Of a stretch of DNA of 64,000 nucleotides, positions 10,845 to 21,589 are shown in pieces. Made by a program: the position numbers and the translations under genes. Location of the stretch: the NCBI GenBank assembly GCA_027923505.1, contig BROI01000024.1, positions 310,001 through 374,000 on the forward strand. Direction: 5' to 3'. The stretch comes from Mayamaea pseudoterrestris. Lineage: Eukaryota. Within the stretch, counting starts at the first letter, position 1. Every line of letters starts with the position of its first letter. The notes under the pieces were generated by a model. The model saw only the letters and a program-made list of their open reading frames with translations, did not search any database and had not been told where the DNA came from.

Positions 10845-13174
10845 ATGCTCAGTAGAAGTCTACTTGGCTGGACTTTTCTATTTGCACCTCTCCGTCTGTC
10901 AACACTGACTAATCGAGTTTTTGCACTTCGCCCATCAACCACCCACAAAAGTCGATCCCACTTTTCGACGACGACCAGCAGCACCTTGCAATCACATCAG
11001 CAAACTTTCTCGACTACTACTACCTCTTCCATCAGCATGTCGAGCCGAATCGAACAAGCCTTTACGGCTGCCAAGGAGCGCAACGAAGCTGCCTTTATTG
11101 CCTTTATCACTGCTGGATACCCGTCGGCCAAAGGTGAGTTGCTTATGGCAAACAGCGTGACAGAATCTGGAGAAAATTTGGCTCACGTACGATTGTTATA
11201 ACATTTCAAATGACAGACACTCCTGCCATTCTCATGGCCATGCAGGAGGGCGGCGCCTCGGTCATTGAGCTTGGCATTCCCTACACGGATCCCCAAGCCG
11301 ATGGCGCCACCATTCAGCACACCAACCAAGTCGCCATCAAGGGAGGAACTTCGGAAATTCCGCAATGCTTGAGCATGGTCACCAAGGCTCGTGACATGGG
11401 ACTGACAGTTCCGGTGGTACTCATGGGTTACTACAATCCGTTTCTGCAGTATGGAATTGACAAGCTGTGTCAAGACACCAAGTCGGCTGGCGCCGATGGC
11501 TACATTGTCGTAGATCTGCCACCGGAGGAAGGCATTGAGCTAAACAAGGCGTGTCTTAAGCATGGACTGTCCAACGTTCCACTCGTGGCTCCCACGAGCA
11601 GTGACTCCCGCATCGAGTCGCTGGCGAACATGGCGTCCACCTTTTTGTACTGCGTCTCCGTGACGGGTGTGACGGGTGCGCGCGACTCGCTGCCGGCGGA
11701 TTTGGAGGAGTTTATTGCGCGGGTGCGTTCCAAGACGGAACTTCCACTGGCGGTTGGTTTTGGTGTATCGAACCCAGACATGGTGCAGGGTATTTCCAAC
11801 TTGGCGGATGGTGTTGTGGTTGGAAGTGCCATATTAAAGGCCATGGACAAGCTTGGCGATGACGCCACGACGGAGGAGCGAGCCGGCATCATTCGCGAAA
11901 TTGTTGCGCATTTGAAATCGGGATGCAACCAAACGAATCCAACGAATCAGGCGACAAAGATGATGCAAGTACCAGCTGAATGGTCAGATGCCGCTAAGCC
12001 GAGTCACTTTGGTAACTTTGGCGGGCAATACATTCCAGAGACACTTTCGGTTGCTTTTGAAGAAATTGAAAAGGCGTACAATGAAATCAAGGATGATCCA
12101 GCGTTTTTGGCCGAGCTTGACGTGTATCGCCGCGACTTTGTCGGCGGACCGACACCGCTCCACAAGGCCGATCGTTTGACCGAATACGCTGGAGGTGCCA
12201 CTATCTGGTTGAAGCGCGAGGATTTGGCGCACACGGGAGCTCACAAGATCAACAACGCAGTTGGTCAGGCACTACTTGCCAAGCGACTAGGAAAGCCTCG
12301 CATCATTGCCGAGACTGGAGCTGGACAACATGGTGTCGCGACAGCGACCATTTGCGCCAAGTTGGGTTTGGAATGCATTGTATACATGGGCGCCGTCGAT
12401 TGCGAGCGACAAAAGCTAAATGTATTTAGAATGAACACTCTTGGGGCCAAGGTTGTGCCGGTGCAGGATGGACAAAAGACGCTCAAGGACGCTATTAACG
12501 AGGCCATGCGCGACTGGGTGACCAATGTGCGAGACACGCACTACTTGATTGGATCTGCTGTTGGTCCACACCCGTTCCCGACAATTGTCCGCGATTTCCA
12601 AAGCATCATGGGTAAAGAAATTAAGTGGCAAATGCAGGAAAAGGCTGGCAAGCTGCCAGATGCTGTTGTCGCCTGCGTTGGCGGAGGATCTAATGCGATT
12701 GGAGCATTCCATCCGTTTGTGAATGATCCTGAAGTAGCCTTGTACGGTTGCGAGGCTGCAGGTCACGGTATTGAAGTGGATGAGCAACATTGTGCGACAT
12801 TGAGCAAAGGGACACCAGGTGTCTTGCAAGGTGCTTTGACTTACGTCATTCAGCAAAAATCAGGCCAAACATTGAATACGCATTCCATCTCTGCTGGTCT
12901 CGATTACCCTGGTGTAGGTCCTGAGCATGCGTTCTTGAAGGACAGCGGCAGGGCTAAGTACGTCCCTGTTACCGACGACGAAGCGTTGGAAGGATTTAAG
13001 ATGATGTGCAAATACGAAGGAATCATTCCTGCGCTCGAAACCAGTCATGCGATTTACTACGCCATTAAGCTGGCCAAGGAACTCGGCCCAGGCAAGGACC
13101 TTGTGATCAACATGAGTGGCCGGGGCGACAAGGACATGCCCCAGGTTGCTCGCATCATGGGCGTTGAAGTTTAA
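10845..13174 (+). CDS. trpAB: Fused tryptophan synthase alpha-beta, with N-terminal presequence; intron 11134-11216
   Basis: Alpha motifs [27 protein letters not shown]; beta motifs [47 protein letters not shown] in one frame. Confidence 0.97.
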
Positions 13175-13197
13175 AGACTGTTACTTTTCTTGTCATA

Positions 13198-14865
13198 CTA
13201 AGTAGTTAAGCATGGACTATCAGATTTTTTAAATAGTATCGATTCGTAATTAGTGCATATTGAACCATGAAGTTGCATCAAATAAGTCTGCATGCTTTCG
13301 GCCCGTGGTGACAGCTGAGCTAGAAGGACGGCTTCCATATCGTAGTAGAGCTCGTGACTGACATTGGCAACGGCATTTGTGAAACGTCCCGCCCTGCCGG
13401 CAAGGTCTCCCGCTGCGGCGACATCGGCGGCGTCTGCTCGAGAGTCCCTGGGACTGCCAACTCTCATGGACCTGCAGCGGGAATGTTGGCTTCTGCGGAT
13501 TTGCACTGACGCTGACCGGATTGGAGCTGGACGATTAGACTTGCGAGTGTAGGCGTCAACCTGAGCCTTGACAAAAGCCTTTAAGCGACCTAGAGCTGGG
13601 CGGCTCGGCTGATCATGCGATTTGTTGCACTTGAGATTGGCGCACTTGCCCTTGATAAAGTAATTGAGGCAAAGAGGAATCTTGTCCCCATTTCTCAAAA
13701 CAGTAGGGCAGTGAACATAACATTTCGGGGAAAAGATTTCGCGAAACGGAGCCGGAAGCTTCAAGTCATCGCTGACGCGCTTCGAATAAACCTTCTTTCG
13801 GCGAACTACCGTCTTCTGCCGCTTATTGCTCGAATGACTCGCTACGTCAATGCTCATCTGCTCGTGAGCCCGTTTCTTGTCGTTGGCAGCTTGCATGCGA
13901 CGAGATGGAAGGTGATCCATCATGCATTGGGAATGAAGGTAAGACTTGTGCGAGTTCGAGTATAAACCATCTACAATCACTTGGAGCTGGTCGAGCATTG
14001 ATATATCGCGTTGGGTGATTTTACGGCAATCTTCCATATGTGCGTTGATGACCGCGTCAACAGCGTTGCACAAGTTGGCTAAATAGTCCACATCCTGAGA
14101 CAAACCGGCCGCAATCATTGACTCTTGTTCCATGATTGCTTTCTTGAAAGCGCGCAATCGACTGCCCACCAAAGATGTCACGCGGTCGTTTTTCGCGACA
14201 TTTGCAAAGATGTCAAACAGAATGGCGTATCGGTCTAAGCCAGTGCCAAATTCTTCCAGCGTGTCCGGGAAGTGATACTCGAGTGTATGCATTTCCTTTA
14301 CATAATCAGTATCATAGTTGTTGCACATCTCCAAGTACATGTTTTCCAAGCAAATGCTGCGATGTTTCGGCACCTTCATGAAAAGCATAAGCGAAACATG
14401 AAGGTTCGAAACGCGAATGGGAGGAATTGCCATTTGGTTGACGAGCAATGTCGAGAGACCTCTGCAAGCGAAGAACACAGGATCATGGCTCTCGAACACC
14501 TGGTCAAGGTAGTATGCGGCTTCAAGTTTCGTATCGCCATAAAAGCGACAATGAAAGTCATTTGGTTGTGCTGGTGTGACTCCCAACGAATTGGTGGCGA
14601 GCCGAAGCATCATGGTTTGATTGAAGGGAAGTAGCTCGTAGAAACCAGTCGAGGTGAAAAGTTGCAGCAGAGCAACGAGCCCTTTTTCATGGCGTCCCTC
14701 CTGCTGAAGAAACAGATCCATAGTCGAGCGGAACTGCTGCAAAAGGTTTGCCTTGGTCATTCCGTCAGCAACAAGGGTCTGGTTCTTGCTGTTCGCGGTG
14801 GTCGACGATGCGTCCTGCTCGTTCGATCCTGGATTAATAGAGTAAATATTGTCTGGCAAAGGCAT
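13198..14865 (-). CDS. Hypothetical protein with CCCH-type zinc finger, resembling YR-retrotransposon Gag (ORF1)
   Basis: Uninterrupted ORF (likely start MPLPDNIY at 14865) with CLNYFIKGKCANLKCNKSH; motif and upstream helical block resemble by eye ORF1 of the element at 48039-50192. Confidence 0.6.
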   Translation of the reverse strand: MPLPDNIYSINPGSNEQDASSTTANSKNQTLVADGMTKANLLQQFRSTMDLFLQQEGRHEKGLVALLQLFTSTGFYELLPFNQTMMLRLATNSLGVTPAQPNDFHCRFYGDTKLEAAYYLDQVFESHDPVFFACRGLSTLLVNQMAIPPIRVSNLHVSLMLFMKVPKHRSICLENMYLEMCNNYDTDYVKEMHTLEYHFPDTLEEFGTGLDRYAILFDIFANVAKNDRVTSLVGSRLRAFKKAIMEQESMIAAGLSQDVDYLANLCNAVDAVINAHMEDCRKITQRDISMLDQLQVIVDGLYSNSHKSYLHSQCMMDHLPSRRMQAANDKKRAHEQMSIDVASHSSNKRQKTVVRRKKVYSKRVSDDLKLPAPFREIFSPKCYVHCPTVLRNGDKIPLCLNYFIKGKCANLKCNKSHDQPSRPALGRLKAFVKAQVDAYTRKSNRPAPIRSASVQIRRSQHSRCRSMRVGSPRDSRADAADVAAAGDLAGRAGRFTNAVANVSHELYYDMEAVLLAQLSPRAESMQTYLMQLHGSICTNYESILFKKSDSPCLTT

Positions 14866-15173
14866 GTTATCAAACGTTGAGCAAATGACTGTCTTGCAGG
14901 AGTTTTTCGGCGAAATAATGAGAGAGGAGCCGGGATGTTGGTCATTACGCAATTGTTCCGTCGGGCATCGATCTTCTCGTCTTGGATGCGAACAAGTCGA
15001 GGAACGATCACACGAACGGAGTACCGCTACGACGACTACCGGCCGGCGCGGCATCCGCGCCAGCATCGCTACTCGAAACCCAAGCGTTTCGCTGCTGCAG
15101 CATGAAAGCAAAATGGCGCTAAAAACCGCTTGGCGCCAAACTTGAGCTTGTCGCTGAATCTTCCTTTCTTCTC

Positions 15174-16431
15174 ATGAATCCTTCCAATCAGATACCACCA
15201 GAAGCAGCGTCTGCTGCGGCAGTGTCGCTGCATGTTATTCAAAATGAAATTTTGCGAGAGGAGCCTCTCCTGGAAGCTGGCGCTGCAGAGACCGAGCCTG
15301 CAGCAGCTGCACCTGCCGTTTTGGAAACGCGTAAAATCCGCAAGGCGTCGTCGCGCAAACCCATCGTCTTGGTCGATTCGCAGGGGCAGGAAAAGACGTA
15401 CGGAAGCGCTCTTGGAGCGCTGACGCGCAAGTTTGTGGATATCATTCAAGTGAGTCTATTATTGGGGCCATGAGGTTAAACACGAACGCCTCATGATATA
15501 TATGTCCGACGCTCACCCTTTCCATGCAATCTTTATTAAAGTCGTCACAAAGCGGATCAATCGACATGAATGAAACTGCAGCCTTTCTTCAAGTTCCCAA
15601 ACGACGCATATATGACATTACAAACGTTTTGGAAGGTGTCGGGGTGAGTTCAGCGAAAGAAACAGATTTATGCCGATGGACATCATCGAATCTGACAGTC
15701 TATTGCCTATTGCTCACCTTTTCTTCTCTAACGTGATGTTTCAGATTCTAGAAAAACGAAGCAAGAACACAGTGGCATGGAAGGGATCAGAAGCCATTTT
15801 GGGGTCAGCCCTCGACGTAGACGTCAAGGAGCAGCTTGATACGCTTCGTCGCGATATAAATGCATATGCCAACGAGGAGGAATTGCTCGACCAATGGATG
15901 GCGCAGCTGTCCAAGAGTAATTCGACTCCAGCGTCAATGAGCTGCAGCGATGTTATTGAAGCATTCTTTCATCAAGCTGGAATGCAACCAGCGAACAAGG
16001 AAGACTTGGTCGACGAACTGAGCCGACCGCGGCAGTCGTTGCTGGCGATTCATGGTCCTCACGAGTGCTTGGTGCAGATCCCATCACCAGAATACGAAGG
16101 CCAATGTAACCGGCAGCTCTTTGTTGGAACCATGGATGCGATTGACAAGTTTGACGGCAATGAAGGTTCGTTGACTGGCAAGAAGCGCAAGCTTTCCTAC
16201 GAGCGATTGATGAGTTCCAAAACAGCGTCGCGATCCGATAATCATGTCAGCGTCTTTGTGTTATCAACATATTTTGACGACAAGGAGCAAAAGGTCATGT
16301 TTTCGGATCTCAAGGCTTTATCGAACGATGAAGCAAAGCAGGAGCGAAGTACCAGCTGGGATCTGGCCGAGACGCTGGCCAACGACGAAGGCGTTTCTGA
16401 CTTTATTGTTGCAGAAGAAGAAGCTGTCTGA
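15174..16431 (+). CDS. E2F: E2F-family transcription factor, 3 exons (introns 15450-15541, 15644-15744)
   Basis: SALGALTRKFVDIIQ...[42 protein letters not shown] winged-helix motif reassembled across canonical GT-AG introns. Confidence 0.93.
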
Positions 16432-16551
16432 TTTTTATGATTATTTGTTTGTAATTACATAGTTACATGTCGAGCTTTGTGATACTGTAGTGTTTCGTGT
16501 CGGTTTGCGATCGACAACACTCAGTCTCGTCTCCAAAATGCGTTTGATGTC

Positions 16552-16791
16552 TCAAATTTCAACTCGACTAGCTGGCGATCGAGACACTGCTCGCATGACA
16601 ACTACTAGCACTCCCAGGGCAGCGACTCCAACGCCAATGGCCGAGGCTTGCCGCTTCATGCGCGTCGGCCATGATTCATGGCTGCTCCGATAGAGGCTGA
16701 GCTCGTCCTCGTTCACCTTGACTCCCACGTAGCATCCAGCGGCAAAGACAATTACGTGAGATGCAATCATTCCCCTGACAAGGTTCGTCAT
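16552..16791 (-). CDS. Small two-TM hypothetical protein
   Basis: ORF from MTNLVRG with two hydrophobic segments; fills the gap between neighbouring genes. Confidence 0.45.
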   Translation of the reverse strand: MTNLVRGMIASHVIVFAAGCYVGVKVNEDELSLYRSSHESWPTRMKRQASAIGVGVAALGVLVVVMRAVSRSPASRVEI

Positions 16792-17052
16792 GATTGCTGC
16801 TACCGGTACAGTGCTTTCTTTTATAATTATGAGGAAGAGGGATAACGACGAGTGAATTTGGGTGTTCGCCATTGCTGGATGCTGCAGGTCCGATCGGTAC
16901 TGGTTGCGACAGATAGACGTTTTCAAAACTCGCAACATGAGGTCGAGATGGCGCGCCAACTAACATAACGCGAGATTCCGATCGAATCATCGAACCTTTG
17001 CTAGTGCTTTCAGATCCGTCTGTTTACCTCTAGCAAGCAGTGATTACCAGTA

Positions 17053-18258
17053 ATGCAGGAACCAAATGGCAATATCCGATTCCCCAGTCCAAATCTCACA
17101 GTCGCAGCGCTCCGGCGCGCCTCTCCGAGTCAGCACCTTCCAGTCACTCGGACTCTGCGTATTACTGAAGCGGAACTCTCGTCACGCGAAGTGACTCCAC
17201 TTCGCGTCACTCTCGAAGACTTGACCATGCGACCACGATCCAATCCAAGGTCAAGGACGCCCATGCGATACGAGAGTCCATTGAATCACAGCGAGTTTCG
17301 TCGAGAGTCGCTTGGAGCCGAAGATGAAGCGAGGCAATCGCCGCCTCAGCGCATTACCATTCGGCCATTGGCCGGTGCAGCAGTCGGAACGACGAATAGA
17401 GTAAGATCAAAATTTATTTGGACGATGAGTTATGGAGGGTGCGTATATATTGATCGGTTCTCTCACTTGCACCTTCATTTCGTTACACAGATCCGCGAGG
17501 ATCGCCCCGTGACACCCAAATCACGAAAGCAAGGTCCTTCCCATCGCAAGATGCGCCGATGGAACAATGATCACTTCAACAGCCTTGCCAGTGAGATTGC
17601 ATCGTCCTCGCGTGGCGTTGCCAATGTATTGCTCAAGGCTCAGGGAGACGCTCATTTGTACAAAAACTTTGTCGACTTTAAAGACAAGGAATCTCAAGCT
17701 TTTAACATGTTAATGACGGACGCTAGATTTGAGAGTCTACGTGACAGGTTTTTGGATGGTGAAATGCCAATGGTGGATGTGCCTCGTTCGTCCAAGTCTC
17801 TGGAAAGTACCAACGAGTTGAGCGCGAGAATTATGATCGATCGGATTGATCCACGATTGAAGCGAGTCGTATTCAGAGCGGGATCAAACTCGCAACCTGC
17901 CTTGCTTGTTATGAAGCGACTGGAAAAGTTTGTTGTGCGTGTATTTGCGGGTGCTTTGTCGTTGGAGGATGACCGCTTGGCTGACCTGCTGTTAGCGCCA
18001 CCTTCCGTTCACGAGCTTGAATCTTCGCGTTATAGATGCCAGTTCTTGTTTCACGCTGAACTCCCCTCAGGAGGCTTTCATCGACTCTTGCTGCAAGCTA
18101 TTTGCCAGTTCCATGGTCTTCAAGTCGTCTCGAAAACGATGGATGTTCGTATCGGAAGTGAAAGTCAGGCCATAGCGTTGACAGTGACTGGTTTAATTGC
18201 TTTGGAAGATAAGTTTCTTCTGTGCGATGAGTTTGGCGCAGATGATTGCAGTGTCTAG
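17053..18258 (+). CDS. R3H-domain protein (R3HDM4-like); probable in-frame intron 17401-17490
   Basis: HRKMRRWNND R3H-associated motif and GFHRLLLQAICQFHGLQVVSKT R3H-like motif; the 90-nt GTAAGA...ACAG segment carries a CTCAC branch-like motif. Confidence 0.65.
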   Translation: MQEPNGNIRFPSPNLTVAALRRASPSQHLPVTRTLRITEAELSSREVTPLRVTLEDLTMRPRSNPRSRTPMRYESPLNHSEFRRESLGAEDEARQSPPQRITIRPLAGAAVGTTNRVRSKFIWTMSYGGCVYIDRFSHLHLHFVTQIREDRPVTPKSRKQGPSHRKMRRWNNDHFNSLASEIASSSRGVANVLLKAQGDAHLYKNFVDFKDKESQAFNMLMTDARFESLRDRFLDGEMPMVDVPRSSKSLESTNELSARIMIDRIDPRLKRVVFRAGSNSQPALLVMKRLEKFVVRVFAGALSLEDDRLADLLLAPPSVHELESSRYRCQFLFHAELPSGGFHRLLLQAICQFHGLQVVSKTMDVRIGSESQAIALTVTGLIALEDKFLLCDEFGADDCSV

Positions 18259-18392
18259 CGTATTGGTGCAGCAATTGGAGACGCTCGATTAAACGATATT
18301 TCAAGAATTACTGTTAAAATACGTTAAATAAACACATCAAAGCATTCGCGTCAACGCCAAAAACAGACTCAACAGCGCCCATATAATTTAAA

Positions 18393-20331
18393 CTATGCGG
18401 TTCCGTTCTCATCAGCCAGTTTGGCTTGATTCATTGCTCTCCACTGTAGTGTCGCGTCACCAATCTGCTGCGCAATCTTGCGGGCGGCACTTGGTGCCCC
18501 TTTGGCATGCGCCGCTCGACTCAACATTTCTCGCTTGTCGTCGTCTGTCAGCCACATGCAAACCTCCTCGGCAATGCCCAAGGGATCAGAATCTTGGCAG
18601 TAGGCGCCAAAACCAGCCTCCACAACGTAGTCGACGTTTCCCTCCTCTTGGCCAGGCAAGTAGGAGGTGAGCATGATTGGCAGCGACAGTGCAGCAGCTT
18701 CTGCAATCGTTCCTGGTCCCGCTTTCGACACCAACACATCCGCAGCAACCATATACTCGGCAATGTTTTCTAGAAAGCCCAAACTGACAACATGTACCTT
18801 GCCATAATCGACTGAATTTTGGGACATGGGTGATTGAACAGCATCCGAGTCGGACAGTATCGAATTAACTTCAATGACGTTGCTATCTGGCGATTGATCG
18901 CCCTTGGTTTCTTCTACTGGGGCAGACATGAAATGCTGGCTGTCCGGAAGTGGTGCCATCATGGCAGTTTTGAGGCTTCCGCGGCTAAGCATTCGCCGAA
19001 GGTTCGTGACAGTGCTTCCACTATTGATACATCCAGGCGTCAACATGGAGCTTCCGCAGGCATTGTCGACTGCAAATATCTGTGAAAGGTTGCTGCTGCG
19101 TTCCTTGGCGGCCATCCAGCGCTTATACACGGAACGCCACTCCTTGTGTTCCAATTCATTCTTGAGCTTTTCGTTACGTCCACAAATCACCATGACCAAA
19201 GCATCAATTCCTTGCGAGACAAGTTCACAATACAAAGCATCCACAATACGTTCCAGTGACCCTACTCCTTCGCCACCTCCCATGACTAGAATCGTCCTCC
19301 GATCATCATACGGCAGTTCCAACTCGCGGCGAACCTTGCGCTGATACTCCATTCCCTCCAGACTCATGCGATCACCCAAACCTTCCGCCTGCACTGCAAA
19401 GTCATGTCGAATCGGCAAGCCACTCAACACTAGCTTTTCCTGCGGCACCCTTCCTCGAATCATGGCCAACTCCTGCACCTGCTCACTGCCTACAAACATT
19501 TTCTCCACTCCATTCGCAAACCACAGACAGTGCGCCGACCCCAGATCCGTCACCACTGTAAACATGGGCAAGTGTACACCCGTCTCCTTGCTAATCTTGT
19601 GGCACGACAGCACCGGCACGTTGCACATGAGCGGATGCACGCTCACCACAACGTCGGGATTATACTGCTGGATGGATCGTCGGACGGCGCGCTCGCACAT
19701 TAACTTCAAGTGGGCGTCGGCAATCATTTCAAAGGCGCGCGAGTTGGAGACCGAGTAGACGAGCTTCCACTGCGTGGGATGAGTGGACAAGTGCTTGTAG
19801 TAGCTCACGAGTGAATTGTAGGGAGGGACGCAGTCCTTTTCGACAATGTCGAGCAAGTTGTAGGTTGATCCGGGATATAGTAGTTGGAACTGCTTGCCGA
19901 GTGACTCGGCGCTGGCGCGGTGTCCGCCGCCAGTGTCGGAGGATAGAAAGAGAACATTTAAGGCATTGGGATTATTCTCCAGTGCTTGTTCTGTGGCAGC
20001 GTCGCTGCCATTGGTGATGGGTGTCGGTGACGGAGCAGTCTGCTCAAGATACAATGTGATCGGAATGCACAATGACATGGTTTAGTAATTGCGATTTCGT
20101 GATCATGAATTGTATCAATGAACGTAATGACAAAGAGGCGATTCGAATCGCGCAGATGACAGCAGATTCGGATCAACCTGTATCATTATTCACACGTCTC
20201 GCTTGCTGCTCTCCACTGCAGTTATTACGACTTACCTCTTGTTGACTATCATCTTCCATCTTGACTGGAGCCTCATGTTCAGCCATGACTGTAGCCTTTT
20301 TCAATCCGAGTAGAGCCTTGATTCCCGCCAT
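18393..20331 (-). CDS. MGD: Monogalactosyldiacylglycerol synthase (GT28); first intron approx. 20040-20235
   Basis: LFLSSDTGGGHRASAESL, PDVVVSVHPL, TVVTDLG, GLPIR, MGGGEGVG, KAGPGTIAEA, PGQEEGNV motifs; upstream exon 20331-20236 ends in GAG|gtaagt. Confidence 0.93.
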
Positions 20332-20859
20332 GGTCGAAAGGAAAAACGGCAGCCAGCGCGTATGTTGTGCATCGGTCGTTTGGTCGAGGCGTTTCCGCGA
20401 GGCAAATGAACGACGTGGCTGGCGCGGAGGGGCTTATCTTGAAGTTTAACGGCAACCGAATCCAATGCCGTTTCTCGAGCGATTCGTGATTACTGTGTGT
20501 CCGAGGTTTATCCTCGCTAGTACTGAGGTATGGAGTTTTTTTTGGTTAAATCCGGGTCTTTTCCGGGTTTTGATAAAAAAAGTCCTTAAATAAATGCCGT
20601 CGGGGCTTAAGTAAAAAAAATATCCCTGCTCAAAGTCTACAGCAAGGTTTAAATCGTCATACAGAAAAGTACTATCGTGCACGGAAAAGACATAAATCTA
20701 TGTTAGTACTTATTAGGGGTACTTTTAATTAAGCCCACACAATGTTACACACTGTTTTTATTTATGGCCTGTTTTGTAGATACCTTTTTTACTTATGTAT
20801 TATGACCCTTACGTACGTCAAGCCGTAAAAATGAACTCGCACTGGTTTTAAAGCACGAC

Positions 20860-21400
20860 GCTCCTTTGGCAATGTGCAAACGGTTCGTATGCAACTTGGA
20901 TGGCCCAATGACAGCATTCAACACTTATTCCATCCTTTAATATGCAAGCGGCAACGGTTCCTGATGTCTATAATGGTTATATGATTGGCGCTGGCTTTTG
21001 AAACGAATTTGCTGAAGCATTACAGTGAGGGACTGCCCCTTTGGCAATGTGCAAATTGCAAATGGTTTGCCTGCAACTAGGAAGGCCCAATAACAGCAAT
21101 CAACACGTGTTCCATCCTTTATTACACATGCGGCAACGGTTCTGACGTCTATAGTGGTGTATGTGGTCGGCGCTGGCTTCTGAAACAAATTTGCTGCAAC
21201 ATTCAGTGGGGGACTGCCACTTTTGCATTTGTGTAAACGGTTCGCCTGCAACCATGATGGCTCCATAACAACAATCAATACCCTTCCAACCTTTAGTATA
21301 CGAGCGGCAACGGATCCTGCCACTTCTTGCAGTTTATATGGCTGGCTTTTTTTAAGGTGAATTTGCTGAAGCATGCAATGGGGGACTGCTCCAATTGCAA
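20860..21400. repeat. Degenerate tandem repeat family B, ~3 copies of ~175-182 bp
   Basis: GCGGCAACGG recurs at 20948, 21130 and 21304; GGGACTGC and ATTTGCTG motifs recur at the same spacing. Confidence 0.85.
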
Positions 21401-21589
21401 AAACCAATAAACACTTGCAACCAATTTGGCTTAACTGTATACAACCTTTTATAAATAAAGAAAAAATAGCATTCATACAATGATGTTATATTTATTGGTG
21501 CTGGTTTAGTAGTAAAAAGGCTAATCCTCTCCGATTAAGGCATCTGCATCTGTTTCCTTCCACCAACCAGCCAATGCCATTGTACCAGC

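Noticed and set aside
20505..20575. Helitron 3' end (hairpin plus CTAG on the minus strand) bounding the repeat island
   Set aside because: The hairpin is ~28 nt from CTAG, the following base is C rather than T, and I could not identify a matching 5' TC end or convincing TIRs at the other side.
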